Shown: in pieces, positions 47,520 to 58,113 of the stretch
How positions within the stretch are numbered: position 1 is the stretch's first letter
Layout: every line of letters begins with the position of its first letter
Assembly (NCBI GenBank): GCA_020052095.1
Contig: JAGVPT010000185.1
Location: 4,769-68,768, forward strand
Direction: 5' to 3'
Source: Bacteroidota bacterium
GTDB lineage: Bacteria; Bacteroidota; Ignavibacteria; UBA10030; UBA8401
DNA length: 64,000 nt
Program-made: the position numbers and the translations under genes
Notes under the pieces: generated by a model
Database searches by the model: none
What the model saw: the letters and a program-made list of their open reading frames with translations, nothing else
Told to the model about the DNA's origin: nothing

Positions 47520-48803
47520 TCAGTTTGCCAACGTGTGAAGAACATCCCAGAATGTCGGGAAGGAAATACCCACGCACTCTGATTCTCGAAGAGTCGACTC
47601 GCCGGGAAGCCCAATCGCTGCAACGCCGAACGCCATCGCGATCCGGTGATCTCCGAAGCTATCAAAGTGCGAAGGAATTAAATTATTATTTGACTCAAAT
47701 GCAAATCCGTCATCGAACTCCTCAACGTCAATCCCCATAAGCAAGAGATTTTCGCACACAGCGCCGATTCTGTCGCATTCCTTGTTCCGCAACTCGAAAG
47801 CGTCTCGCACTTCAAATCTTCCAGGCGCAAACGCTGCCGCGACGGCAAGGATCGGGATTTCGTCGATAATGTTTGGGATGACAGAACCTTTCAACACGAT
47901 ATCCGAATGGAGTGCTGAGGTTGTCACGAGAATATCTCCTACGGGTTCGCCGCCGATGGAACGCTCATTTTCCATGCGGATATTTCCGCCCATCGCGCGC
48001 AAGGTCTCCAGAAATCCTGTTCTCGACGGATTCAGCCCCACATTTCTTATCAGGACCTCGGAATTTGGCACAATGAGCGCGGCAACGATAAAGAACGCTG
48101 CCGACGAGGGATCTCCGGGAATGAAAAAACGAGACGCCTCAACGCGCCTTCCCCCTTCTACCGCAACGATTTTCTTTCCGTGCGAGGAAGTCGATGAGAG
48201 TCCGAGCATTCGCTCCGTATGATCGCGGGACGGTTGGGATTCCTCCACTCGTGTCAGCCCCTCGGCATAAAGCCCGGCGAAAAGGATCGCGGATTTCACC
48301 TGCGCACTGGGCACAGGGAGCTCGTATGTTATTGCATGAAGTCTGTCGGAAGGAAATATTTTCAGCGGGGCAGTGAACTTGTCCGTTCCGACGATCTGTG
48401 CTCCCATTTCCGTCAGTGGGTCGATAATGCGTTTCATCGGTCGGCGCAACAGATATTGGTCACCGGTGATCTGTGAGGGAAATCTTTGGCCGGACAAGAT
48501 TCCTGAAAGAAGACGCATTGTGGTTCCTGAGTTACCTGCATCCAACATTGCGTCAGGCTTATGATAGCCGTGAAGCCCTCTGCCGATTATCCGGAGTGTC
48601 TGCGAAGTCAGAGTCGTTTCGATGCCCAAAGCCCTGATGCACTCCAATGTGCTGCGCGGGTCGGCAGCGTTAAGGAAACCGTCGATCTCCGAAGTACCTT
48701 CACCGATCGAACCGATCATAACCGCGCGGTGCGAAATAGATTTATCTCCCGGAACGTTTAGTTCGCCCCTGAGATGATGTGCCGTGATGAGCGTTTTATC
48801 CAT
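47520..48803 (-). CDS. aroA: 3-phosphoshikimate 1-carboxyvinyltransferase
   Basis: [27 protein letters not shown] and DHRIAM. Confidence 0.96.
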   Translation of the reverse strand: MDKTLITAHHLRGELNVPGDKSISHRAVMIGSIGEGTSEIDGFLNAADPRSTLECIRALGIETTLTSQTLRIIGRGLHGYHKPDAMLDAGNSGTTMRLLSGILSGQRFPSQITGDQYLLRRPMKRIIDPLTEMGAQIVGTDKFTAPLKIFPSDRLHAITYELPVPSAQVKSAILFAGLYAEGLTRVEESQPSRDHTERMLGLSSTSSHGKKIVAVEGGRRVEASRFFIPGDPSSAAFFIVAALIVPNSEVLIRNVGLNPSRTGFLETLRAMGGNIRMENERSIGGEPVGDILVTTSALHSDIVLKGSVIPNIIDEIPILAVAAAFAPGRFEVRDAFELRNKECDRIGAVCENLLLMGIDVEEFDDGFAFESNNNLIPSHFDSFGDHRIAMAFGVAAIGLPGESTLRESECVGISFPTFWDVLHTLAN

Positions 48804-48856
48804 ATAAAAAATCCTCGCCTATACTTACAGCGGGGATGCTGATTCATCCGAGTTTC

Positions 48857-50968
48857 TTAGTTGTGTTGCGGCACTTCTTCCTTTTTCTTTTCCGCAATCA
48901 AAACCGCTTTCCGGCTGAGGTTGAGGCGTCCTTTATCATCGATCTCCATCAGTTTCACCACCATCACATCGCCGACCTTTACAAAGTCCGCGACTTTTTC
49001 GATGCGCTTGATGTCGAGCTGTGAAACATGAACTAGTCCTTCCTTGCCGGGAAGAATCTCGACAAAGGCTCCAAAGTCCATGATTTTTTTCACCGTCGCC
49101 GAATATGTTTTTCCGACTTCAGGGGATTCGGTAATTCGACCAATCATCTGTCTCGCCTTCTCACTTGCATCTTTCGACGTGGCAGCGATAATAATTGTGC
49201 CGTCGTCTTCGACGTTTATTTCTGCGCCAGACTCTTTCACGATATTTCGAATATTCTTGCCACCCGGACCGATAAGCGCACCGATCATGTCGACAGGGAT
49301 TTTGAGCGTCGTCAACCGTGGGGCGTATTGACTCAGGTCGGAACGGGGAGCGGAAATAACAGCGTCCATCTTTTCGAGTTTGTGAAGGCGTCCCTCCTTC
49401 GCTTGCTGAACGGCCGTCTCGATGATAGCGAATGAAATACCTTTGATCTTAATATCCATTTGGAATGCGGTGATACCGTCCCGGGTTCCGGCAACCTTGA
49501 AATCCATATCGCCGAGATGGTCTTCATTCCCGAGAATATCGCTGAGGACTGCAACGCGATCCCCTTCTTTTACGAGACCCATCGCTATTCCTGCGACGGA
49601 TTTCTTCAACGGAACACCGCCATCAAACAGAGCAAGAGACCCGGCACACACTGTCGCCATAGAGGACGAACCGTTCGACTCGAGGATATCGGAGACAATG
49701 CGGACGGTGTAGGGAAAATCCTTTTCATCGGGCATGATGTTCTTAAGCGCACGCTCAGCCAAATTTCCGTGCCCTACTTCGCGCCGGCCAGTGCCAAGCC
49801 TTCCGGCTTCGCCGACACTGAACGGCGGGAAATTATAATGAAGCATAAAGCGTCGCGTCGTCTTTGGGAGGAGCCCGTCGAGCATTTGTTCGTCGAGCTT
49901 TGTGCCAAGAGTCATTGTTGTCAACGACTGCGTTTCGCCGCGCGTGAAGAGCGCTGAGCCGTGTGTGCGCGGCAAAAGCCCCAACTCGATCGAAATAGGG
50001 CGTATGTCTTTGAGGCTGCGACCATCCAATCGCTTTTTCTTGGAAAGGATCATCTCGCGCATCTCATACTTTTCGATATCGTGGAGAATCTGTTTGATGA
50101 CAGATTCTTGCTCTGGATACTTTTCGGCGAGCGCTGTGAGCACCTCAGTCTCGATTGCAGCATTCGAGTTTGAGCGTTCGTCCTTAGTAAGAACAGTATT
50201 CACCGCCGAACGAATTTTGTCCGCCGCAATTGATTTCACGTCCGCGAGCAATTCCGGATTGATTACCGGGACCACAACGGAACGCTTCTGCACTTTCACT
50301 TCCCCGGCAAGCTCTTTCTGTAATGCGCATATTTTCTTGACAGCACCGTGGCCGAACTTCAGCGCTTCTAAAATGTCGGCTTCCGAGATCTCGCGCGATT
50401 CACCTTCTACCATAACGATAGAATCGTCGGTGCCGGCGAGAGTCACATCCATGTCGCTGAGATCCAATTCCTCGAACGTGGGATTAATGATCAATGTCCC
50501 GTTCACCCTGCCGATCCGCACCTCCGCAATCGGTTCGTCGAATGGGGAATCCGAGATCATGAGTGCGGCGGAGGCGGCACACGCGCCGAGCACGTCCGCA
50601 TCATTCTGTTGGTCCGATGAATAGACACTCACGATGATCTGTGTTTCGTTGTGATATCCCTCGGGAAACATAGGCCGAATGGGACGGTCTATGAGCCGTG
50701 CAGAAAGGACTTCTTTGTCGGAAGGCCTTCCTTCGCGTTTCAAAAATCCTCCGGGAATTTTTCCGGCCGCAGACATCTTCTCGCGATATTCGACCTGAAG
50801 AGGAAAATAATCCGAATCATCTTTCGCCTCTTTCGGTGCGACGACCGTTGCGAGGACCATCGTATCTGCGTACCGCGCCATCACGGCTCCGTCCGCTTGT
50901 TTTGCAAACCGGCCTGTCTCGAAGGAGAGAGTCTTGTTGCCCAATTGAATTTCTTTTTTGACTACCAT
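48857..50968 (-). CDS. pnp: Polyribonucleotide nucleotidyltransferase
   Basis: RLIDRPIRP, FTRGETQ, ESNGSSSMA and GDMDFKVAG; KH and S1 domains. Confidence 0.97.
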   Translation of the reverse strand: MVVKKEIQLGNKTLSFETGRFAKQADGAVMARYADTMVLATVVAPKEAKDDSDYFPLQVEYREKMSAAGKIPGGFLKREGRPSDKEVLSARLIDRPIRPMFPEGYHNETQIIVSVYSSDQQNDADVLGACAASAALMISDSPFDEPIAEVRIGRVNGTLIINPTFEELDLSDMDVTLAGTDDSIVMVEGESREISEADILEALKFGHGAVKKICALQKELAGEVKVQKRSVVVPVINPELLADVKSIAADKIRSAVNTVLTKDERSNSNAAIETEVLTALAEKYPEQESVIKQILHDIEKYEMREMILSKKKRLDGRSLKDIRPISIELGLLPRTHGSALFTRGETQSLTTMTLGTKLDEQMLDGLLPKTTRRFMLHYNFPPFSVGEAGRLGTGRREVGHGNLAERALKNIMPDEKDFPYTVRIVSDILESNGSSSMATVCAGSLALFDGGVPLKKSVAGIAMGLVKEGDRVAVLSDILGNEDHLGDMDFKVAGTRDGITAFQMDIKIKGISFAIIETAVQQAKEGRLHKLEKMDAVISAPRSDLSQYAPRLTTLKIPVDMIGALIGPGGKNIRNIVKESGAEINVEDDGTIIIAATSKDASEKARQMIGRITESPEVGKTYSATVKKIMDFGAFVEILPGKEGLVHVSQLDIKRIEKVADFVKVGDVMVVKLMEIDDKGRLNLSRKAVLIAEKKKEEVPQHN

Positions 50969-51037
50969 AGCGCTCTTTGCTGTAAATGAATTCGTGTGAC
51001 CGCTGAATTAGTTCAGCGTGTGTCGTGCTTCTGATCG

Positions 51038-51307
51038 TTACTTACGGATCTCAAGTTCCTGGATGATCTTTCGATAGCGTTCGATATTCTTCACCACGAG
51101 ATAATCGAGAAGACGGCGTCGCTTTCCGACCATCCGCAGCAAGCCGACGCGTGAATGATTATCCTTCTTATGCCCTTCAAAGTGCGACGAAAGGGCGTTA
51201 ATGTTCGCTGTGAGTATTGCTATTTGCACTTCGGGGGTCCCGGAATCGTTCGGGGACTTTCCGTATTTCTTTATGAAATCTACTTTTTGAGTTTTTGAGA
51301 TCGACAT
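51038..51307 (-). CDS. rpsO: 30S ribosomal protein S15
   Basis: [13 protein letters not shown]...[11 protein letters not shown]...RRRLLDYL. Confidence 0.97.
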   Translation of the reverse strand: MSISKTQKVDFIKKYGKSPNDSGTPEVQIAILTANINALSSHFEGHKKDNHSRVGLLRMVGKRRRLLDYLVVKNIERYRKIIQELEIRK

Positions 51308-51328
51308 GCGTACTCCTTAAGAATGTAG

Positions 51329-52294
51329 TTATAGTTGAATATTTTCGAAAATGTTTTTGCCGGCTATCTTGTCCTTGTCCATTTCTTTCACCAGCTCATC
51401 TGCCGACGCAAATTTTTTTTCTCCGCGGATCCATTCAAGACATTCGACGGTGATGTTTTTTCCGTAGATATCCTTGTCAAAATCGAAGATGTACACTTCA
51501 CACAATCGCGGGTGGTTTTCATAGAATGTCGGCACTACGCCGATGCTCATAAGTCCGCGATGCGAGTTGCCGTCGATATCGGCCGTTACGGCATACACTC
51601 CGTTGCGCGGGAGCATTTTTCTCGGATCGCTGACTGCAATGTTTGCCGTGGGATATCCAAGAGCCTTACCTCGTTTGTCTCCAGCAATCACTTTTCCTGA
51701 AAAACTGAACCGTCTTCCAAGCAGCCGGTTGGCTTTTGCGATAGCGCCCTCTGAGAGGAAGGTTCGAATGCGCGAACTGCTCACAACCTCCTCTCCGGCT
51801 GTGAACGGCTTCTCGGCAACAACCGAAAACTTGAATTCCCGCCCCAAGGCAAGAAGCTCTGAAAGTCCAGCTTCGCGATCGCGGCCGAAACCGTGGTCGT
51901 ATCCCTCAATCACCTCGCTCACGCCGATGCCGTTGATAATATATTCAGAATAGAACTCGCGAAACGGCTTGCGCGAAAATTCGTACGTAAACGGAACCAC
52001 GAAGACCAGATCAATATCCAATTGCGAAAGCAGCTCAAGTTTTTCTTCGTGAGTCGTGAGCAGCCCGACCGCATGCGTTTCATCCCCCCCATCGTTCGGC
52101 TTTTTCCGGCCGACGATCTCTTTTGGGTGAGGATCGAAGGTGACGACAACGCTTCGTCCGTTCCGTTCCTTCGCCCGCTGCCGCACCTCGCCGATTATTT
52201 TCTGATGTGCGAGATGGACGCCGTCAAAAGTTCCTATGGTGATGACAGAATCTTTGTTTCGCCGGACTTCATCGATTGAATGAACGATGATCAT
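51329..52294 (-). CDS. ribF: Bifunctional riboflavin kinase/FAD synthetase
   Basis: TIGTFDGVHLAH, SSSRIR and LGYPTAN; start at ATG 52294. Confidence 0.95.
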   Translation of the reverse strand: MIIVHSIDEVRRNKDSVITIGTFDGVHLAHQKIIGEVRQRAKERNGRSVVVTFDPHPKEIVGRKKPNDGGDETHAVGLLTTHEEKLELLSQLDIDLVFVVPFTYEFSRKPFREFYSEYIINGIGVSEVIEGYDHGFGRDREAGLSELLALGREFKFSVVAEKPFTAGEEVVSSSRIRTFLSEGAIAKANRLLGRRFSFSGKVIAGDKRGKALGYPTANIAVSDPRKMLPRNGVYAVTADIDGNSHRGLMSIGVVPTFYENHPRLCEVYIFDFDKDIYGKNITVECLEWIRGEKKFASADELVKEMDKDKIAGKNIFENIQL

Positions 52295-52298
52295 GGTC

Positions 52299-53036
52299 TT
52301 AGCAGCCGTTCTGCGCGCTGAAGCGCTGGCCGAGAACATGAAGATCTTCAATGTGCAGCGCTTGTTGCAGCGACAGTGCACCGATTCGAGTACGGCGGAG
52401 TTCCTTTAAATATGCCCCACATCCTAATTTTGATCCGCATTCGTCGACCATTGCCCGAATGTAAGTTCCACTCGAGCACACGACGCGGAAGTGAATGAAC
52501 GGCAGATCCATCTTTACCAAATCAAATCTCGAGATAACGATTTCGCGCGATTGGCGCTCCACCGTTCGGCCTCTTCTCGCATATTTGTACAGGGGCTTTC
52601 CGCCATATTTCACTGCCGAATACATCGGAGGCGTTTGCAACTGCGTCCCGAGGAACCCGCGAAACATGTTCTGAATCTGCTCTTCAGTCACCGATAAAAA
52701 ATCCTTCGCATCTTGCTCCGGAGTCTCCGAATCGAAGCTTGCGGTCGTCGCTCCGAGCTGCATAATGCCTTCGTACTCCTTCTCCTGCGCGGTAAATCCG
52801 TCGATCGATTTAGTTTTTTTTCCGGTGCAGAGTATCAAAAGGCCTGTGGCTTTCGGATCGAGCGTCCCTGCATGGCCGACCTTTTTAACGTGAAAAAGGT
52901 CTCGCACCCGATGAACAACGTCGAACGAAGTCCAGTTAAGCGGCTTATCGATCAATAGGATTTCACCGTTCTCAAAATCGAGCGTCCGGACGTTTGAATT
53001 CGGTGTGATCGGCTCACTGTGCGTTGTCATTTCCAT
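52299..53036 (-). CDS. truB: tRNA pseudouridine(55) synthase
   Basis: KVGHAGTLDPKATG, PPMYSA and CSSGTYIR. Confidence 0.96.
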   Translation of the reverse strand: MEMTTHSEPITPNSNVRTLDFENGEILLIDKPLNWTSFDVVHRVRDLFHVKKVGHAGTLDPKATGLLILCTGKKTKSIDGFTAQEKEYEGIMQLGATTASFDSETPEQDAKDFLSVTEEQIQNMFRGFLGTQLQTPPMYSAVKYGGKPLYKYARRGRTVERQSREIVISRFDLVKMDLPFIHFRVVCSSGTYIRAMVDECGSKLGCGAYLKELRRTRIGALSLQQALHIEDLHVLGQRFSAQNGC

Positions 53037-53367
53037 GAATTTTCTTTATCAGGTTCTCCAAGTTCTCGACGCGGTCCATCGTGTCGTCGTGGTAGAACTG
53101 CAATGCCGGGGTATATTTCAGATTGATATGCGATGCAAGGAGACCTCGGATGTGGGCTTTCTCGCTTTCCAGGCGTGCGAGCGTCTTCGTCTTCACGGCT
53201 GGTGTTCCCAGAATGCTGACATATATTTTTGCGATTTTGAGGTCAGGAGTCACGCGCACTTCCGTTACGGTGCTAAATCCCAATTCGCCGCCGCTGAATT
53301 CTCGGCTGATAATAGTCCCAACTTCGTGGCGTATAACCGACGCGACTCTCTCCGTTCGAACTGACAT
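53014..53367 (-). CDS. rbfA: Ribosome-binding factor A
   Basis: RTERVA...VTEVRVTPDLKIAKIYVS...YTPALQF; lies between infB and truB. Confidence 0.95.
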   Translation of the reverse strand: MSVRTERVASVIRHEVGTIISREFSGGELGFSTVTEVRVTPDLKIAKIYVSILGTPAVKTKTLARLESEKAHIRGLLASHINLKYTPALQFYHDDTMDRVENLENLIKKIHGNDNAQ

Positions 53368-53409
53368 TTCATTTCCTTCTGATCCGTGGTGACTGGACAC
53401 CGAAACGAA

Positions 53410-56079
53410 TTACAGCGTCCGCTTCGTTTCGACAAGCTTATAAGCTTCGATAACGTCTCCGACTTTCACATCGTTGAAGTTTTCAAATCCGACCCCGCAT
53501 TCAAATCCCTGTTCGACCTCGCGCACATCATCCTTGAATCGTCGGAGTGAAGCGAGGGTTCCATCGAAAATCGAGATGCCCTCGCGAAGCAGACGCACTT
53601 TGTTGTTGCGAACGATTTTGCCGTCGGTGACAAAGCAACCAGCGATGGTCCCGATTTTCGGCACCTTGAATGTATCGCGTACTTCCACCGTGGCCGTCAC
53701 TTCCTCGGAAATCGAGGGCGCAAGCAATCCTTCGAGCGCACTGCGCACTTCATTGATCGCGTCGTAAATAATATTGTACAGACGAATGTCGACTTTTTCT
53801 TGTTCGGCAAGCCGCCGTGCATTCAAATTCGGACGGACGTGGAAGCCCACGATGACAGCTTTCGAAGCGGCGGCGAGCAACACGTCGCTCTCCGATATCC
53901 CGCCAACGCCTTTATGAATGACGCGTATTTTAACCTCTGCCGTGGAAAGCTTCGCCAGCGAATCTGCAAGAGCTTCCACGGATCCGTCAACGTCTCCTTT
54001 AACAACCATCGACAGTTCGCGGACTTGTTGACCAGCCTGAATTTGTTCGGAGATTTCGTCGAGCGTAACAAAGTGAATTTGCCTGAAATCCTGTTCGCGC
54101 TTCAATTGCTGACGCTTCAGGCTTATTTCGCGGGCCACGCGGTCTGAATCGACAGCGATGAATTGATCTCCGGCTTGGGGAATGCCGTCGAAGCCCAGAA
54201 GTTGCACAGGCGTAGATGGTCCGGCGACCTCCGTACGGCGGCCGCGCTCGTCAAACATCGCTTTCACTTTGCCGCTGTAAATACCTCCGACGAAAGGATC
54301 TCCGACCCGAAGCGTTCCTTTCTGGACCAAAATTGTTGTGAGAATTCCCTTTCCCTTGTCGATCTGAGCTTCGACAACCGCTCCCCGTGCGTTGCGGATC
54401 GGGTTTGCTTTCAAATCGAGAACCTCCGCTTCAAGTAAAATCTTTTCCAGCAGGAGATCCACCTTCAAACCCTTTTTCGCCGAGACTTCGACACACTGAT
54501 ATTTTCCACCCCATTCTTCAACCAAAATGCCTTTATCGGCAAGTTGCTGGCGAATGCGGTCGGGATTGGCCTCGGTCTTGTCAATTTTATTGATCGCTAT
54601 AATAATCGGAACATTTGCTGCGCGTGCATGACTAATAGCCTCAAGTGTCTGCGGCATAACGTTGTCCTCGGCTGCAACCACAAGCACAACAATATCGGTC
54701 AGTTGAGCACCGCGCGCACGCATTGCTGTAAAGGCTTCGTGGCCCGGCGTGTCGAGAAAAGTAATCTTCTTCCCGCTTTCCAGACTTAGCTCGTAGGCTC
54801 CGATGTGCTGTGTAATTCCGCCGGCTTCGCCCGCAACGACGTTCGTGCGGCGGATGTAATCCAGCAACGATGTCTTTCCGTGATCGACATGCCCCATGAT
54901 GGTTACGACGGGGGAGCGAGACACCAAAGTCTCGGGAGCATCGGGCTTGTCTTCAAGAGAGTCGATCGTGAACTCTTCGTGGAACTCCACCTGCAAGCCG
55001 AATTCATCTGCGAGAAGAGTGATATTGTCTTTATCTAGCCGCTGGTTGATCGAAACCATCAATCCCAATCCGATGCATTTGGCGATGACGTCTGCGACAG
55101 ATGCATTCATAAGATTGGCAAGCTCTCCGACGGTAACATATTCTGTCACACGGAGCTTTCCCTCTTCACTTTGCGCTGCTTCTAATAATCGAGCTTGCTC
55201 TTCTTCACGCTCTCGCTTTCTTTTTTTTCTGTTGACTGCCCGCAGGCTGACTACATTTTCATCCATCTCGGCGAGCGTCCGTTTAATGGCCTCGTTCACC
55301 TGCATATCGTCGACTTCATGGACACGGAGCTTCTTCTTCTTTTTCTTCTTCTTCGCAAGCTCCTCGATGTCGCTTTCGGTGATTTCCTTCAGCTTCTCGT
55401 CTTTGACCTTCTTCTTTTTCTTTTTCCTCTTGTGCAGATCCTCCGATTCCGGCGTGGCTGCTCCCGGCTCCTTTTCCGGAGTCTCAGCGGCCTCCTTCAA
55501 CTCAATTTTTCCTTTGATGGTCAATCCCCGTCGCCGCGCGCTCACCTGATCGAGCGGTGACCTGTAAGACCTCTCACCTTTCTTTTTCCGATCTACCGAT
55601 TCTTGTTTCACTTCTTTGCCCGCAGGCGCTGCGTCGGGCTCAACCTTAATCTTTGCCGCAGGACCCTCTTCTTTCGTCTGGAGCTTCTCGTCTTGCTGGA
55701 GTATCGGCTCTCTTCTCCCTTCTTCCTGATCGGCTGGAACTTCTTCAACTTTCTGTACAAGCGTTGCGGGAGCTTCTTCTGCCCCTTTCTTTTTTGGAGC
55801 AGGTTCCTTGGTTTCTTCTTCAGCTTCTTTTTTCTTTTCAGCGGTCTTCCTTTTTGTTTCCTTTATTTCTGCGATTTTTCGCTGATGACGCTCCGCGACA
55901 TCTTTGTCCTTTTTGAAATGGGACATGATGTCCTTCATCATGTCGTTTTCAACGACAGACATCGGCCCTTTAAGCTTGTACCCTTTCTTCGTGAGGAATT
56001 CAATAATAGTACCGCTCGCCAGGTTTAGTTCCTTGGCAAGATTAAATATTTTGATTTTCTTTTCTGCAGTTTCCGTCAT
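53410..56079 (-). CDS. infB: Translation initiation factor IF-2
   Basis: [24 protein letters not shown] and GFECG. Confidence 0.97.
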   Translation of the reverse strand: MTETAEKKIKIFNLAKELNLASGTIIEFLTKKGYKLKGPMSVVENDMMKDIMSHFKKDKDVAERHQRKIAEIKETKRKTAEKKKEAEEETKEPAPKKKGAEEAPATLVQKVEEVPADQEEGRREPILQQDEKLQTKEEGPAAKIKVEPDAAPAGKEVKQESVDRKKKGERSYRSPLDQVSARRRGLTIKGKIELKEAAETPEKEPGAATPESEDLHKRKKKKKKVKDEKLKEITESDIEELAKKKKKKKKLRVHEVDDMQVNEAIKRTLAEMDENVVSLRAVNRKKRKREREEEQARLLEAAQSEEGKLRVTEYVTVGELANLMNASVADVIAKCIGLGLMVSINQRLDKDNITLLADEFGLQVEFHEEFTIDSLEDKPDAPETLVSRSPVVTIMGHVDHGKTSLLDYIRRTNVVAGEAGGITQHIGAYELSLESGKKITFLDTPGHEAFTAMRARGAQLTDIVVLVVAAEDNVMPQTLEAISHARAANVPIIIAINKIDKTEANPDRIRQQLADKGILVEEWGGKYQCVEVSAKKGLKVDLLLEKILLEAEVLDLKANPIRNARGAVVEAQIDKGKGILTTILVQKGTLRVGDPFVGGIYSGKVKAMFDERGRRTEVAGPSTPVQLLGFDGIPQAGDQFIAVDSDRVAREISLKRQQLKREQDFRQIHFVTLDEISEQIQAGQQVRELSMVVKGDVDGSVEALADSLAKLSTAEVKIRVIHKGVGGISESDVLLAAASKAVIVGFHVRPNLNARRLAEQEKVDIRLYNIIYDAINEVRSALEGLLAPSISEEVTATVEVRDTFKVPKIGTIAGCFVTDGKIVRNNKVRLLREGISIFDGTLASLRRFKDDVREVEQGFECGVGFENFNDVKVGDVIEAYKLVETKRTL

Positions 56080-56129
56080 TCAAAATCCTTCAGTAAAAGG
56101 AAACAGGGAGTGAGTCCGCACTTTGCGGA

Positions 56130-57500
56130 TTATAGTGTCTCTGCATTTTCTTCTTTGGGAGACTCGGTCTGTTCGTGGGAGACAGTCTCTTCTTTCTGCT
56201 TTTCGTCAGCTGGCCTTGCCTCTTTGGCTACCGTCTCTTTTCCTTTTTCCTCATCGCCATCTTCATCGTCTACTTCAGCCTCTTCAAATTCCTTCTTCAC
56301 AAGAGCGACAATTTCTTTGATCTTCTCTTCGTCCAGTTGAAGTTCGTCAACCAAGTCTTCGATGTCGGCGTCGATAACTTGCTGTGCCGTATCGTAGCCG
56401 TTTTCAATAAACTTATCATAGATCTCCTGACCGATTTCATCGCGGAATTCAATCAACTCTATGTCGTACTCCGCACCCTCTTTTACGAGTTGGAGGTCGA
56501 ATCCGGAAAGTTTGCCCGCAAGCCGGATATTCTGTCCTCCTTTTCCGATGGCAAGCGATACCTGGTCTTCTGCAACAAGGATAGTCGCTTTCTTCGTTTC
56601 GAGATCGAGTTCGACCTTTTTCAATTTCGCAGGAGCGAGCGCCCGCGTGATCATGATAAGCGGTTCTTCGCTGTAGTTGATGACGTCGATATTTTCATTG
56701 TTCAACTCGCGAACGATTGCGTGAATGCGCACACCCTTCATTCCAACGCATGCGCCGACGGCATCAATGCGGTCGTCGTGCGATTCAACGGCCACTTTGG
56801 CCCGGTCACCCGGCTCGCGCGCAATGCCTTTGATCTCGATAATGCCGTCGTAGATTTCCGGAATTTCAATTTCGAACAACCGTGCAAGGAACTTCGTGTC
56901 GGACCGGGAGACGATAACGGTTGGGTTTCCGGAATTCTTTCGGACTTCCTTGATAACCGCACGAATCGTGTCGCCCTTCTTGTAGCGTTCTTTCTGAATC
57001 TGCTCGCTCTTCGGCAAGACGACTTCGTTCTTGTTATGCATGACGAGAATTTCATTTTTCCGAATCTGATACACCTCGCCGACAAGTATTTCGCCGATGG
57101 TATTGCTGTATTCGTTATAGATGAGTTCCTTCTCGAGTTCCTTAATCCTCTGATTGAGATTCTGTTTTGCCGTGATGATCAATCGGCGGCCAAAATCAGC
57201 CAGGTTCACAATTTCCACAAAGTCTTCACCGACGTCCAAGGGTTCGCCGGATTTCTTTCGTGCAGATTCGACATCAATTTGCGTTACCGGGTCGATCACC
57301 GTCTCAACGACCTGCTTTTCGAGATAGATTTCAATATCTCCTTTTTCCATATTGACAACGACGTCGAACTTGGCCTCTTGCCCGAACTTCTTTCTCACCA
57401 TCATGCCAAAAATATCCTCGACAATTCCTACAAGAATATCCTTGTCAATTGATTTTTCGCGAACCAGTGATGAAAATGATTCGACAATCTCATAATTCAT
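56130..57500 (-). CDS. nusA: Transcription termination factor NusA
   Basis: EIPEIYDG, AREPGDRAK, DAVGACVGMKG and AIGKGGQN. Confidence 0.96.
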   Translation of the reverse strand: MNYEIVESFSSLVREKSIDKDILVGIVEDIFGMMVRKKFGQEAKFDVVVNMEKGDIEIYLEKQVVETVIDPVTQIDVESARKKSGEPLDVGEDFVEIVNLADFGRRLIITAKQNLNQRIKELEKELIYNEYSNTIGEILVGEVYQIRKNEILVMHNKNEVVLPKSEQIQKERYKKGDTIRAVIKEVRKNSGNPTVIVSRSDTKFLARLFEIEIPEIYDGIIEIKGIAREPGDRAKVAVESHDDRIDAVGACVGMKGVRIHAIVRELNNENIDVINYSEEPLIMITRALAPAKLKKVELDLETKKATILVAEDQVSLAIGKGGQNIRLAGKLSGFDLQLVKEGAEYDIELIEFRDEIGQEIYDKFIENGYDTAQQVIDADIEDLVDELQLDEEKIKEIVALVKKEFEEAEVDDEDGDEEKGKETVAKEARPADEKQKEETVSHEQTESPKEENAETL

Positions 57501-57542
57501 TGAAGCCTCCAAAGTGAAAATTGTAATTCATCTACTTACACA

Positions 57543-57998
57543 CTATTTGAATCTCGGAAGAACATATGTTTCACGGATATCCTTCAGCGCCACCGGAACT
57601 GAATGCTTCTCTCCTGTCGACAACGTCAACGACGTCTCAGTGACTTCTTCCAATATTCCAGTTAGTGGTTCACTGTTTGCGTTCGAAATTATCCTCAACT
57701 GGCGTCCAATATTCTTGCGAAACTGCCGTTCGAGTTTCAGCGGGCGCTCTAATCCCGGTGAGGAGACCTCTATTCTGTATCTTCCAGTGAAAATACTTTG
57801 GCTTTCAATCTCCGGGGAAATCCTCCGGCTGACCTCGGCGCATTCATCCGCCGTGATGCCGTTGTCCGTATCAACAAATACTTCGAGGACTGTGGTGCCG
57901 GCTTCGCCCCGCATGTTCAGATCGACGAGATAACCCTTTATCGGCTCAAGAATCGGCGTCGTGAATCTTGAAATCTGCTCAAAAAGCTCTGTTTTCAT
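57543..57998 (-). CDS. rimP: Ribosome maturation factor RimP
   Basis: GITADECAEVSR and EVSSPGLERPL; first gene of rimP-nusA-infB. Confidence 0.94.
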   Translation of the reverse strand: MKTELFEQISRFTTPILEPIKGYLVDLNMRGEAGTTVLEVFVDTDNGITADECAEVSRRISPEIESQSIFTGRYRIEVSSPGLERPLKLERQFRKNIGRQLRIISNANSEPLTGILEEVTETSLTLSTGEKHSVPVALKDIRETYVLPRFK

Positions 57999-58014
57999 GG
58001 TCTCTTCCACCGTC

Positions 58015-58044
58015 AAAAAAAAGTCCCGCTTGAGGCGGGACTTT
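58015..58044 (-). terminator. Terminator hairpin in the rimP leader (attenuator)
   Basis: Minus strand AAAGTCCCGC-CTCAA-GCGGGAC followed by T8, lying between the promoter and the rimP start. Confidence 0.72.
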
Positions 58045-58060
58045 ACATTGCGGCGCATAT

Positions 58061-58089
58061 AATATACCCAACGCTAGGCTTAGAAGCAA
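58061..58089 (-). promoter_or_regulatory. sigma70-type promoter of the rimP-nusA-infB operon
   Basis: Minus strand TTGCTT, N17, TATATT. Confidence 0.6.
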
Positions 58090-58113
58090 GAGAAATGTTC
58101 ATGAAATCGAGCG

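Noticed and set aside
55200..55440. Poly-lysine tracts in IF-2
   Set aside because: Normal low-complexity N-terminal region of IF-2; the frame is intact.
56175..57452. 425-aa ORF on the + strand
   Set aside because: It is the antisense shadow of nusA with no recognisable motifs. The same applies to the long antisense ORFs over pnp (49902-50624), infB (54896-55549) and the octaheme gene (6764-7624).
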